From: Dimorphilus gyrociliatus | Taxonomy: Eukaryota > Animalia > Annelida | Assembly (NCBI GenBank): GCA_904063045.1 | Contig: CAJFCJ010000001.1 | Coordinates: 2,232,001-2,296,000 of the forward strand | Length of the DNA: 64,000 nucleotides | Reading direction: 5' to 3' | In this document: positions 36,801 to 51,148 of the stretch, one piece after another | Layout: each line of letters starts with the position of its first letter | Numbering within the stretch: position 1 is the first letter of the stretch | The notes under the pieces: model-generated | Told to the model about the DNA's origin: nothing | The model's database searches: none | The model's input: only the letters and a program-made list of their open reading frames with translations | Translations under genes and position numbers: made by a program

Positions 36801-39800
36801 TCAAAAGTAATACGATGGCGTTCCTACGAAGTCGAGTTCGTTGGTTCGATTTACATTTAGACGAGCGACGTCAGGCAACTCTTCACTGTTGCAAGGCGCT
36901 TCGGGAGTTTTGGTTGCTTGGATTGGATTGGATCTTGCAACAACAAACTTGCCCTGAGCAAGTGGAGGCGTTGAAACATTTCGGCTCTTCAAGAGGTCCA
37001 CTGATGAATCTGGTAAACCAAATTCTCTAACAACTCTTAATTCAAATTGTCTAAGACATTCCGCATTTATGAAGTTTGAATGAGCATAATATAGTCTATG
37101 ATTGGCTTCAATCTGTTTTAATCTTTTTTCCATTCTGTTCAAAGTACTCTCGCCCGGTAGGGGCATAGTGTCAGACACAATATCTGGTTTACTAAATGTT
37201 GAATTGGAAGTAACAGAAATACTACTAACGCTCCAGTCGTCTTCGGTCATTTTTTCCTCAAGAACCGCCTGCAATTCGTCAATATAAGGCTGGAAACATC
37301 TAGGATAGCGTCTATACTCTGGATGCTGAATAAGATCAATCCATCCTTTACCCGTACTATAGTTTAATAAATCAACACCTCGGCAACTAGATGGCATTAC
37401 CAATCCCCTCTTGTCGGCCGCCAGAAGAGTTTCCATATCACTTGAAGTAATAAAATTATAGCGAACTAACGATAACAGTTCAGAAATTATAGATTTTAAC
37501 TCGGTGTCATCTAAATCTCGTCGTTTTACACCTTTCTTCGAAACACTATGAGTTGTATGGTTAAGGAGATTCGGTTCTCGTTCCTCTATTCTTTTAATCA
37601 ATTGCTGTTCGCCCCATTTAATTACGGCAGATAGGATTTCGCCCTCGGACGCCTGTAAAGAATATCATATTACACTTGATTTTTCATTTTCCAATGCCAT
37701 AGCAGGCTAAAGAATACTATCGACTAATGGATTATACAAAAAAGACACGATAGAGGAGCATCATAGTCTAAATTCTAGCACAAGAAAAACTTAATACTAG
37801 CATAAATTTAATTGTAACCTGTGTCAAGTCAAAAGGTTATTGACATCGGCAACTAGCCATAAGAAACGATTTAAGAATGATGCAAAGAGTCTTAAAATCT
37901 TAACTTTGGAAGGATTGTAATATCAACCTTAATAGGTTTGTGTTGATTCATCTATTGACAGGGCTTTTTTTACGCATATATCTTTAAGCTATATTTTATG
38001 GAGCGAGATACAAGTTTATATATATTTTTCTATGCAGCTTATACTCTTGTATAGCTATATGTTTATTTATATATATTATACAAAGATTTATAACGTATCA
38101 GTGTCAAATTATGCTCGTCTCTTCTTTCTTATAAGAAAAAATAGATTTCTTATCTATTTTACGAGATTGGTGAAAATACAATCGATAGCAAAAATCTTCC
38201 TTAAAAAAATCAATTTAATGGTTAAGAGTACTTCTTTTTTGGTTAGTCAAACATAAAATCTGTTCCTAAAAACCCTAGGGGATATTGGGAACAAAGGCAT
38301 TATGAGGGTATTGTCCAATAGGCTAGAGCGACAGCCAAACTTGATAAGTTTTTTCTATTTATTTATATTTCTATATTTTCTACCGCTGACGTTTTTCTCT
38401 GCTAAAAAAATCCAAAAATACACGGATACCAAATCTTAAATATTTACAGAAACTATTAGTCTGTTGGATATACCATATATTTATTTTATCGATTTTATTA
38501 AGAATAAATTATTTAGTTACAAATCGATAAATTATGATTTACGTTTACATGTAACGAAATCGTCTCTTGGGTAACAAAGTAAAGTAATTTAGTGTGGCAT
38601 ATATTTTACGCTGTAAAAAGGAATTAGAGCGGAGAAGTAGTGCCATTTTGAAACAGAAAAAAGAATTCGTAAAGAATTATGGTATTAACTCGATTTAAGG
38701 ACCATTTTACTTCTCTCTCTTATTAATTTTCCTGTAGAGGAGAATTTACTCTAAGATTAGCAATCTATTTCTCTTTTTTTTTTTCTGTACTACAAAAAAG
38801 ATAGTTGCAATTGCGAGATACTATCTAACCAACTGAAATTTGAGAGTTTTCATTAATTTCTTTAGACCAATTCAATTAGGTGTATACTATTAGCATTAGA
38901 TGGTATAAAATTGATTCTAAACTGGTGAACTAACTGTTGTTTTTTTTTTAAACTAGCCTACTTGATTAGAGGTTGATGAGAAAATAAAAAAGCTAATTAT
39001 AAAAGTTTTCGAAGCACTCACTTGCAAAAAGTCTGACGTTAAAACACTCTTAACCGTCTCTTCGTCCAAATCCAGCCAAACACCAGACTGAACTAACTGG
39101 GAAAATTCTTCTTGCACAAACACTTCGCACTGCCTTAAAACCCATTTCGATCCGTGCTTCATACGAGCCCAATTAATTATTTCACAGCAAGTCTCCACGT
39201 TCACCGCTTGCCAGATGAGATTCTCGCAATTTTCTGCCATCTTACCAAATTCTATAAATCTAAAATAAACCGAAAAAGAAAGAAAATGTAAATTTAAGAA
39301 ATCGCAAAGCAGTATTTAGAAGAAAATAAAAGAATTTTACATCTCTAGAACTTGTATGTAATTTATTTTAAGTGAAAGTTCAATTAGAAAGAAATGTGGT
39401 GATAGAACGTAAAACAAATAAACGGAGACTTAATTATTTCAGTTAAATAACGCGTTTTCTGTTATTCTTGTTGCTTTATGATTATTTTGTAAATCCGATA
39501 TTATATAAGTAGATAATTTTGTCTACATTATTTGTTAATAAATCGAAAAGCTTAGGTAAAAACTTTCTTTGTAAACTTATATTTGCTATATATTTTTATA
39601 GCATAAAAATAGAATATGTATATATATAACAAGAGTATCTAACCTGGCTATCTGGTACAGGTCAATCGTATGTCGAACATGGGTTGGAAGATTCGATCTT
39701 TCGGAATTTGCTAAAGCATTAGCGTCGGCTAAAGAAGACTGAGGGATGTTCGGAATGAGTGTGGTATCAAGAATGTCCGTATAAATTGCATGAAGAATAG

Positions 39801-41855
39801 TTCGAGCGTATATCCGAGGTATAACAGCCTCGTCCAGCTGAATTATTTCCGGATAATTTCGTCTGCGCTTTTCCAGTACATTTCTAAAGAAAGGCGATCG
39901 GGAGGCCAATAAAGCTGTAATAAATAAATAAATAAACATAATATATAACATTTTTATAATTCATAAATATCGTTGATTTCTTTTATCTCTGAATTTTTAT
40001 GACATCAATAACACATCATTTAATCCTATACGCATGGTACATTTATTTGCCTTCTTTTATAAAAATCATACGACGCGAAATACAATTGTAAGAATAAGAA
40101 TTCGTTTGCTTAAAATTGATTAATTACGCAAAAAATGAAGAGAAAATGGAAAGAGAGAACTTGTTACTTACTGGTACAATTTATCTGAATACTATCTTTT
40201 TAATTATATTCTGACAAGCGGAATATGAAATAATAATTTCAATCTCGTATAGATTTTCCCCAATAGCACATTTGCTTAAAATATTATCCCATTCCTAAGG
40301 AAAAATTGCCTTTCTTTCCTTCTATTCCTCTATCTATCTATCTCGATTAGTTTATGAGGATACTAGCCGTTAAAAATTATTCCCTCTTATTTCTTTATAC
40401 ATGCTTTCAAGATGTCAACAAATATAACCTCGATAAACCATTTCGGTATAATAGTAACATCTGATAATTTTTATTTGTTATTTACATTATTTTAGTCACT
40501 ATTAGAGAATTTTCAACCTTTTATTTCTTTTCTCTACGGTGTATCATAAAAAGGCTTTTCTTTCATTTATACGCTGTTATTATATTAATGACATAATTAC
40601 TGTCAATGAAAGCAATGATAAAAGTTTCATAAGCTATTTTGAGAATATATTATAAATATGGTGTATATACCCTTAATGGTAATTCAATAGAAAAGCTAAC
40701 TGAATGGTCAATAAGCGGATGTGAAGGGAGGAAGGGAATTCTTTTTTTGAGAGAAAAGAGGTAGGAGTGGACAATGAGACAAGAATATATAGTTATCTCC
40801 ATTGGCTGATCAACAATGATTATCGTTTGTAGGAAACGTGTTATCGATTAATTCTGATCGAGTTTAGGTTTGACCTCTTTTTTTCTTTAATTAAAATATT
40901 GACAAAGGATTAAATGAAAAAATAAAAACCTTTATGGCATCTGTACTCTTCAATGTCACTTCTTGCATCACCCAATGAATTTAGGTAATTGGACGTTGAA
41001 AATACCAAAACACAATCGTAATCCCTAATATCCCTAGTTAAGAGTGCTCTTAAGTCGTCTTCGAGGCGATTCGGCATACCAAACTCATGCTTAAGCTTTT
41101 CTATAACCGGTCTAGATGAATCGTTACCAATATCCAAATATTGCGTGTAAAGAAATCGCAATAAATCGCCAAATAGAGCAGCGTCGACGCCCAGCGTCCT
41201 TATATCGATTGGTATTGGCCTATCAAATCTGTAACAAAAGGTGAAGAAAGCAGATGAATAGAAAATATATCTACAGCCTAATATTGTTGTTAATCTAAAA
41301 GTTCTACTTTATATGCAGGACCACGCGGGGTGTATTGTTCCTTCGAATAAAGGCGGAAATAAGGCATAAGCCTTGAAGCTGTTACTAAGTGATAGAAAAA
41401 AAAATTTACCTCTTATATTTAGAAAATAAATTGCGGAAGTACTGGCATCTCGAGGATAGTATTGACCGATGTGCGGAAAAAATTTCACCGTCATACATAA
41501 GCTGAACATCTGCGCAGTACTTCCTATTGTATAAATTTTCCAGATTATCCCTTAGAGACGATGATAACGGTCTCGCACTCTGAGCAAGAAGAGTGACTTC
41601 TTTTAACTCCTTCAAGCTATTAAAAACGTTTAGCAATTCTTGAATATTTTTCGTACACCATCCATTAGTCAATTCTTTCACAGCCTTTCCATAGTCGAAT
41701 GACCGGGAGGAGCGTTTCACTCGAAGCACCTTCTTCCTAAGAGTTTGCAGTTTCCCTGCTTTCTTCGTATAATGTGGATGACGACGGTTATCCAGTTCAG
41801 TCCCAATAAAAAAGTTTTGAACTCTACCGCTAACAGACGATTGACTAACGCCCAT
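36801..41855 (-). CDS. BTBD7: BTB/POZ domain-containing protein 7 (two BTB + BACK), multi-exon with several long introns
   Basis: MGVSQS N-myristoylation-type start, KKVLRVKRSSRSFDYGK, KYCADVQLMY...AHRSILSSRCQYF, GSKWVLRQ...EEFSQ, SDFLQ|ASEGEILSAVIKWGEQQLIKRIEEREPNLL. Confidence 0.93.
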
Positions 41856-44800
41856 AGCTGAAACAGAAATAAGGTAGGCTTTCTTTAGAAATATCGTCTG
41901 CAACAGCGACTCGAAAAGCGTTCTCAATCTTTTATATATAAGCCTAAGCACACTGGATAGAAGACGACTGAGAAAAAAACTTGGCTCTAGTTATCCAATA
42001 GTCGTAGTCTACATTTCACAATAAAATCAAGCGTTCAATAACTTTAAAATATGCGTTACTGTTCAGCCAGCAATTATAATTCATTGCATTTTATAAAAGA
42101 AAAAACGCAAGTGAACCGCTATGTAAAGTACTTTAGCAATATTACGCATTCAGACACTAAAGTCGCTTTTATAATAGAATAATCTGTTATTTTCATAAAG
42201 AGAAGTGTAAACCATCATGAAATGAGGTGAATTAATAAAATTATAATTTGTTCTTTCAATACAAAAATGAGATACCATACGTCAGTTATTAAATTTTAAA
42301 GTTCATTGTACAAAATACAAGCTTTTCATTACCAAACACAAAGTCTACTTATATACTGGACTTATATTATATAAAAAAAAGTAAATTACTTTTTATTCAT
42401 TAAAAAATAAGTCGCTGTTAAAACCTTGTTTCCAATTATCAACCTAAACATATAGTAAACTGTGTTATACTTCTTTTTAGATATTAGCACTTTCGTTAAG
42501 TGATGATAGGGGTAAACTACTGTAGATTATTTCTCCTTACAAATGATCTATTGGCACCCTACTAATTTTGACATTGTCGGTAGCTAAGTAGCACGAGTAT
42601 TTTTAGCTGTGATCGTTATGTACGATCTCGTGAAGGCCGATTTAATTATCCTCCGTAACAACATATCAGTGAAATAGAAAAAGCTCCGTAATTGGTTAGG
42701 TACTTTTAAAAAAGCAGCATTTACCGTTCAGTGTTCAGTATTCAATTTAGCCGTCTCAGCAAAATATGTTCTAATTGCTTATCCATATTTTAGAACTAAA
42801 TTGAAACATATAAAAGAGTATATAATAATTATATTAATGATCTCTTACCTTCTAGTACGTTTTTTAGTCCTTATTATTAAAGCGAAAATATACTTATTGC
42901 AAAATAACAAAACCTTTAAAAACAACTTAAATGAGATTTCACATATGGTATACAATGCTAAAGGATAAAGGAACGTTTTTAACAGATTCATTAAAAGATC
43001 GGATATAGGTTCATGTAAAGGTTTTCATAATTTACTTCAACGTATAGCTAATTCAGGTAGTTTACTAGAATTAGATACGATAATATGTTTATGAATTCTT
43101 GTTAAAAATCTTATTCCTAGTGAAAACGTCCACTATTTCATTTGCAACATTATCTTGCTGTATATTTTGAAACGTCTGGTGCGAGCGAATCACGTTTCTC
43201 TCTGCAACTGTGCGTAACCAGCGTGTGTTAGTTGTAATTATTCTCCCTTGCATATTTAATATACAATTTGTATCAAACCACTAACATGGTTCGGCTGTAA
43301 ACTCCCTTACAACTATATAACACTGTAATTTTCATTTAGCATCCAAAAGGAAAAATTGCGCAAGAGACGGCAACATTGCTAACATCAAAAAAAACATCGT
43401 GTGACCAGTTTCTTCATTATGCAAATTGGGTCATAGAAACTTCTTTGGCTAAATTTGCAGATTAGGTTAAATGAGATTCTCCCACCAATTTATTATCTGT
43501 CAAACAACTCTTCTCTTTTTATCCTAGTTGAATTCAAATAGAAATGTCTTTTAGAAATTATTTCTATTATATGAAAGAAATTCATTTGTATTATAAGTCC
43601 AATAGGTAGATTAGACGCAAATACTAATCTCCTCAATTCTAGTTGATTACGTTAAATTAAAAGTGAAAGATTTCGATGAGTAAATCCGTCTAAATAGAAA
43701 ATATGAAAACTAAAAAAAAAAACTAGATAAACAGATTCCTATGCTAAATAATCACTGATTTTACCTAGAGATGTATTGACTATTTTGCAATGTATAAGGA
43801 ATCTAAAATCACCTTCAGACTCTAGTAAAACGCAAGGATACTAGAAATTTTCTATTACCTCGACCTGAAAATGCTTCTATTTAAACAGCCTATATCCTTC
43901 TCGAACCCTCATTACAACCCAGTAGGCGTAAGAAGCGAAACATAGGTCAATTTAGAAGTAAATCAAACAGAAAATTCTAGCCTCGAGTAATCACTAATTA
44001 AAAGAACACATAATAAAATATTTCTGTAATTCTTAACTAGTTAAGCTCTTATGACAAAATCTATGTAACTTCTAAGAGTTATTATTAATGAGTTCTAACT
44101 GTGTCATCAATTAATATTTGTGTAAAGATATCTATAATATAACTGCACAGAATTGGAGTGTTATCCATTATTATAGCAGTCTGTCAACGGTATAAAACCT
44201 ACAAGTAGAGACATTATCTACAGCTTATAATTTCTCATTTATACGATATGCCACACAGCTAATATTTTGATGCAAAAAAAAGTATTTAATAAATATTTTA
44301 TGGTCTATATTGATTCTATATAAACACATTTTTATTAGTGTCACGACATCCCTCTTGTAATGATAAAATGTAACTAACCTTGCAGTGTAGAGAATTCTAA
44401 TCCAGGCCAAACGCACTTTCCATGTGTAATCCGCTAATTCCTTTTATTGAAACAAAGTTCTTTAAGTTCTTTTTGTTCCAGATCATACAAATATCCGGAG
44501 TATAATTTGTAAACTGTTAAAGTAATGAAAAGTTAATTATTCGGCAATAAACTTGCTTTTTTGACTTTTTGACAAAATCAACAGAGAAATCTCATCATAG
44601 TTTAATATACTAATTATTAAAGTACAAGCTATAAACAAATAATGTAACTGGACTATAGGGAACGAATTTGAAACGCGCTCTCAACTTCACCTAGGGAAAA
44701 ACACCCTGAAGTGATTTATGCCAAAATCAGAGATGGGGAACTTAGATAGGCGGCTGACAGACACCGTACTAACCCAGATAAAATGTTCTATACTTTCTAG

Positions 44801-46796
44801 TTTCTACTATTTACATTTGAAATAGTGTTTAAATCGATTTACTGGTAGTTATAGGCCGTAAATTCAAACTTCTACTTTTAAAATGTGCAATACTAATTAC
44901 AATTTTCTTTTTGCTATCCTGCTTAATTCATATAAATGGTTTTCTGTCCAAAATGAGAAGATATTAGATAGCTAATACAGGCTGAAATAGGATGGTTAAG
45001 AAAAAAACCCTTTGATTTTATCAGATAAAAGGAGTTATTTTATCGGTTGTAAACTTATGTGTTTTTCCTCCAAAAAAATAGCCTTCCACTCTTGTAATCG
45101 TTTTTATTTTTTTCACTCAAGCACACATAGAAGAAAACAAACGTGTCATTAGTAATAATTAGCAACGCAATTGCATATATTAGATGTATTTAATTAGAGA
45201 AAATTTGTTTCCTTCTATTATTTTGTGCATCTTAATCAATACATATTAAAAGGATCTCATTCTCAAACAACTTGGCCAGTTGAAGGGATGATCGACTTTA
45301 ATACGTTAGGAATGGCCTATAGTTGCAATATGAACTTGTTTATTTTACAATATCATGGGACGTACACAATAAGCCCGGACCTGACCTTTCATCAATATTA
45401 TTGCACTTCACTAGTTGATAAACTAGACCATTTGTTTCTATTAGGTCTAAAGAAACATTTTGTTTCATTTATTGATCATATGCACCATATAAACAGTTGT
45501 GGTATTTGCGAAAATGTTTAATATATAATGAATAATAATACTTAAATGCTTAAAATTTACTCATAAAATTATGACTCATGCTCTCTGTTTTTCTTCCAGA
45601 AATTTTAGACTACTTCTGTCTACAGGATATGTAATTTGTTCTATAATACTATGCGTTTTTCTTCTCCATGAAGAAATAAACAAAAAAATTTTTTTTTGAA
45701 ACCAAACGCGGTTAAAAAGTTTCCTGCAATCATCAATAAAATATTGATGGAAATAATTTACTAAAATGTACAGAAATTGCGAATTGTATACTTTGGAGTA
45801 TTCACCGAGTGATCTTTCATTGATACTGATTTAGTTGAAAAAAGGCAAATGTAGTTAATACTGATTGTTTTATTTGACATATTGTTTGTCAGTGTCAAAT
45901 ATAGAAAACGCCCTAAATTTTACTTTAGTGGTTTTTGTTGTTTTGCCGTACATTAGTTAATTGAATGTATATACATTTTGATGAGTAACGAAAATAAAAG
46001 AGATTAATTTGACGAAGTGATTTATTACGCAATAGTTTTCTTTAAACTTATAAAATTAAGTTGGTTGTTAACACACTGAAAATTTTGATCCGCATATTCT
46101 CTTTTAATTAATATCTGGAAACCTTGATCTATTCCATTTCCTAACGATATACAGGATGATTGTGTTTGAATAGCGAAAGCATTTGCTTTCTTTTAAAATA
46201 TTTTCTTAATCTTAAAGGCCAATAAAGAAAGAATATACAACTTTTAAGTTAGAAAAAATTTCGATCTAGTATAGATGATTGGTAAATTTTATTGTTGCGC
46301 ACCTATCGTAGGTAAATTAGCAACAGTTTATTGATACTGTCCCGTCAATATAACAAAGAAAAAGAGCTTTTAAATCTAACATCTAGGATACGTGATGCAA
46401 AAACGGATAGAACATGATAAGATGCATATTTAAAATGCATATAGTATTCACAAATATTGAAAAATAATACAAACTTACGCAAAATTCGACGAAAGAGTTG
46501 GAAGGGGAAAAATGTTTACTCCAGATACATTAACTTCCTGAGAACATTGGAACTTCCGGTGCACACGATTACGAAAATAACTGTTCGTGTTATATTATTT
46601 TTGAAAAATATTTATTTATCGTTAGTCATAAAAAAGTATATTTATTTTTCAAAATATGAATTATTTTAAATATATACGAAAATACTAATTCGGATGAACT
46701 TTTACATGCGCGGGAGTTTTAAAATGCATTCCTTCTGCTTTTGAAAGAGAATTTTATTCACGCATATTATAACATGACACACAAAATGCATTGAAA

Positions 46797-47042
46797 TTAA
46801 CATATTGGTGTTCCATTAACGGCATTTTCGGCACAAACCAGCGGTAATAACACCCCTTCATATACCATATCCACAATTGGAACACAAGCTCCGCAACACG
46901 CTTTGAAAGGTAAAATTAAGACGTAGATAATTGCCAAAAATAGAGCGATGGGCCAGACTAAAAGTAGAAGTAGTAGCCATATAATCATCCAACAGATGGA
47001 ACAATCACATCCGCATCTCGCGCAGCATTGACAACAACACAT
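46797..47042 (-). CDS. 81-aa Cys-rich hydrophobic membrane microprotein
   Basis: Single ORF MCCCQCCARCGCDCSICWMIIWLLLLLLVWPIALFLAIIYVLILPFKACC...; higher GC than flanks and a structured Cys/hydrophobic pattern. Confidence 0.75.
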   Translation of the reverse strand: MCCCQCCARCGCDCSICWMIIWLLLLLLVWPIALFLAIIYVLILPFKACCGACVPIVDMVYEGVLLPLVCAENAVNGTPIC

Positions 47043-48207
47043 GATCCTATTAATTGATTCTGAAAATTAGACAAGAAGTCTTCGTTCTCTTTCGACTTCT
47101 CTTAAATTAATGTCACGGTCTTTCAAGAGGATAAACTAACTTCATATATTACGGAAGAATGCATGCTGTTGCTTAAAAATAAACTTAAATACAATAAACA
47201 TTCAAGCATATAGTAATCGATTATTTTTTTATTTAAATCTCAAAATCATTGGTTATGGCATGAAGAGAAAATAAAATATATAAAAATATATATAGTTGAA
47301 TATAAGTATTAATCAATTTTCATAGAAACCGAAAAAAGATTTAAATAGATATTTGCAAACGTAGTACTAGTTTAATCATATTAATTTCTTTAACTAAATT
47401 CTAGCTATATGGTTATAGTTTTAGTAATATTTTGTATTATTTTTAAGAAATACATCAAAAAATAGAATAATTTAAGATCTGCAGTTTCATTTACATTTTA
47501 AACAATAAATCTTATCTTTTTGTGACTATGCAGGGAAATTTTAAACAACGTTGTTTTACAAGACAGAAGATAAACACATTGAATAATTATGTTATAAATA
47601 CTGTATAATACTTTGTATATCTCCTAATTCTTTCTTTATTTTTTATTTTTTACAATGAAACCTTCCTTAGATAGTTTGGAAATGTACTTTAGAAAAAAGA
47701 AAATGCGATTGAAATCCCAGATGATTGTTTTCTTTTATTCTTTTTGTTTTTGATGAATATCGGCAGATGTAGTCCAGAAAATATCTGGCAAAATAAAATA
47801 GCTTAAACTTCCAAGGGAAAAAGGCTTTGCAGAGTAATTTTAGTCCCAAATATATGTTCATTTGATGGAGATGTTGATTTTAATTAGGAATGAAGGTTTG
47901 CTAGTTACCAATGGAGGTAGAAGGTCGAAGAGATCGCGATAATCTTACTTGCTACACTAAAGTAGACAATTAAAAACATCATTATGCACAGTCTATATAG
48001 CTTAATTGAATGATTAAAATATTACAGAGGACATGTAAAATCCTAATGACTAATGCCTAGTTTCATTATTCATTATAACTCTTTGCAGTAGACAGATTCA
48101 GGTGAAGATAAAATTAATCAATAGATAAATCTGCAAAACTTTGAAAGTGGAGAGAAAAGAAATGCAGTTCAGTATTTTTTTAAGATAAATATGGATCCTG
48201 TAAGAAT

Positions 48208-50583
48208 TCAAGGGGTTATTCCTATAGGCATCTGAGGACCAGACTGTGTCTGTTGAGGATGAGGTTGAGGCATAGGACCAAAGGCTGTGGGTGGAGACAC
48301 ATTGGTATCATTTTTATTTCTTTCCAAGTATTCCTTTAGCGCCTGAGCATCAGACGGTGCCTCAAAATGGACGCAGTGAAACACCTCGTTAGCCGTATTA
48401 TGTGTACCAATAATCCTTACAAAAGTAACAATGACTGGTTCAAAAGTGACTATCTGCCAAGATCTGCAGGCCTCTTGCGATCTATCGCAAACTGTATGCC
48501 AGTTATCACCTTCTGCTGATACTTCAATGCGGTAAGAATAGGCTCTATTGTCACAATCCCATAACAATAGTCTCATACTAGATATATAATTAGGTCCGGC
48601 TAATTGCACAATAATTGCTCCTGAACCTGTGTTTTGAATGTAAATGTTAAAATACAACATACTTTCAATTTATACTTAGTGAGGAAGTAATAAAATTACA
48701 TACCTAGCTGATGACAAGTATATCCGGAATCCCAATCGTAGTTTCTCGTATCTCCGTTAATTAAAGCATTCCTCGATCTTGAAACTCCTTCAACAACGCA
48801 AGCGCATTCTTCTAATGTTGCAACATTATGCTTGGCAATAGGAATTCCATTTTTCAATTCACAAGAGGCTGTTGAGTACATGCACTCGAAGGCAACCAGG
48901 TGGAAGACTCTGTTAACTGTATTGTGACTTCCAACTATTCTTACTAATTGTACAACCCTTTTATCAAAGCGCAACTTCTGCCATGATCTGCAATAATAAG
49001 ACTTTCTGTCCACTACTAAATCCCAATCTTCTCCATTAACGCTACATTCAATGTAGTATGAATAGGACCTAAAATCCTTATCCCATAATAATAGACTAAT
49101 TGCGTTAATAATACTAGGTTTTCCCAGAGATATAACAATAGAATTATTTACGGGATCTGACGGTTCTATAGAATGTCTTGTGAAGCCTCGATCAAGATCA
49201 TAGTTTGTAGTGTCCCCATCTAATACGCAGCATCTCATATCACCGTTGGTTACCTATTATTATAAAATGAAAAAAACGCCATCAAATAAACAGTGTATAT
49301 ACTATATATATATGCTTTTTTTATATTCACCTGTGCTCCGAAGTCAGGTGTTGCTATGTTTGCATCAGGTAAAAGATAACCTCTATATGGCATTTCTGCT
49401 TTTTCCAGTTTCTTAGCAAGGGTATCAACGATTACTTCATCAGTTATTAGACGAGATTTACGTAATCGTTTAAGTAAATGCTCTTGTTCTATGAGTGGTA
49501 GTCTAACGGCTTTCGATAATAAACCATCAACGTCTTCATGACTATTAGCTTGCCACCATTTATCTAAAGACTCAAAAATTGTTAGTTCATCGGCGTAAAA
49601 TGAATCTCGCTCCAAAATAGATAATATAGCAGTTCTTGAAAGTTGTTTGAATGCCTCGGTTTTCATAACGTCTGTTGCTTTACAATCCATGAGTTGTGTG
49701 CAGCTTTCTTGAAGAGCTGGTAAGCTGTATTGTTCAAAAAAAAAAGGGAAAAATGAATAAGAAATGTAATTAAGAGTAAATAGAAAGATACTCACTCGTA
49801 AATAAGAGCCAAATCATATATAGTACAAACATTTTTTGTGTCTAGAATTGATTTTAAATACTCGGAAATTGAGTTTTCAAGACTTTGAAATCCATATTTA
49901 TGACTTTGACCGAGTATTTCCAAAATTGTTTCCTCCTGTTAAAATAAATGACATATGTCTCAATAAATTGATTAAATATTAATTATTTCCTTTACCTTTA
50001 AATCATGCAACGTCAATTTTCCCGTGTAGATATAAAATAATAGATATTTAAATGAATCAGCTCTAGTTTCTTTTAATTCGACAATACTTGATGAACTCTC
50101 TTTCATTCCTCCGTAGAGTAGCGCTCTGTATTTGCAATAGATAATTATGAGCAAAATAATTTGGCTACTATTTAGTTTAAAATTCTTTTATTGTATTTAT
50201 CAATGGAATTATAAAAACAATTTATGTCAGTTTGACTGTTAAATAATCAGTAATTATCACTTTAACCTTAAAAATTTTAAATAGAATAGAAAACAGATTT
50301 TTATTCATTAAATTATAAAATATTTGACATAATATTTTGAATAATTATTAAGAAATTTATATTTCTATTTTGATTTTTTAATGAAAAATGTATATTGCCT
50401 GAAATATTGCGATCTTGCTGCCAAAATGATTTTATGAGCTCGATATTCTATCCCTTCCACGATCAACGTAACGTCGGTAAATTCAAGGTTGGTTAGCAAG
50501 GTTCTCATACTTTCAGACAAGTCGTAAATGTGTATAATTTCACCCGGAGCGGGCGGAACTCTCATTTGTTGACTATCGCACAT
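48208..50583 (-). CDS. BTBD9: BTB/POZ domain-containing protein 9 (BTB-BACK-2x F5/8C), multi-exon
   Basis: GEIIHIYDLSE...DVTLIVEG...AHKIILAARSQYFR|ALLYGGMKES; LDGDTTNYDLDRGFTRH; WDSGYTCHQLG|SGAIIVQLAGP...SMRLLLWDCD. Confidence 0.95.
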
Positions 50584-51148
50584 CGTACACAGATATAAGA
50601 TCAATATCAATTAACAACTAGCTTGATGCATTGCGATCAATCATGGGAAATTGGTCAAACAAAGTTTGCAATGTGACAATTTCAGAGTCACAAAAATCCA
50701 GCAATAAAACCGAAAGAAAACATTGTTTGAGTTAGTATCACCGCCATTTTTAAAATGTTAGCTCCGCATTATGTTTAGTAACTGCTTAATGACATATAGT
50801 ATATGTTTTTTTTTTTAACTTTCTATATTTCGACGTGTCCTTAGGCAATTTGTATATACAATTTAAAATCCTATAATTGATAAATTAGATCAAATTTTAT
50901 TAAACAGGCATTTAATAGAATTGAGAGGAAAATAAACGCTTAATTTTCGAAAATTATTCCAATAGAAGATGGCTTACATCTCAAATTTGTAAACTTAACT
51001 GTTTTGTCTACTCTTTATCAGCTATAAGTATACAATTCACAATTGACATTTTGAAAAGATATGAAATATTTATGGACTTAACTTTTACAAACGATCTAAA
51101 AGCTTAAGCTAACATCTACAGATTGGGCGATAATAAAAGAGAAGTAAA

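Noticed and set aside
42584-42664. 26-codon minus-strand ORF resembling a mitochondrial presequence (MLLRRIIKSAFTRSY...)
   Set aside because: Too short, ends in a stop, has no good donor, and lies in the probable BTBD7 5' UTR intron.
45225-45521. 98-aa plus-strand ORF in the large intergenic region
   Set aside because: Non-ATG start, no motif, no convincing splice context.
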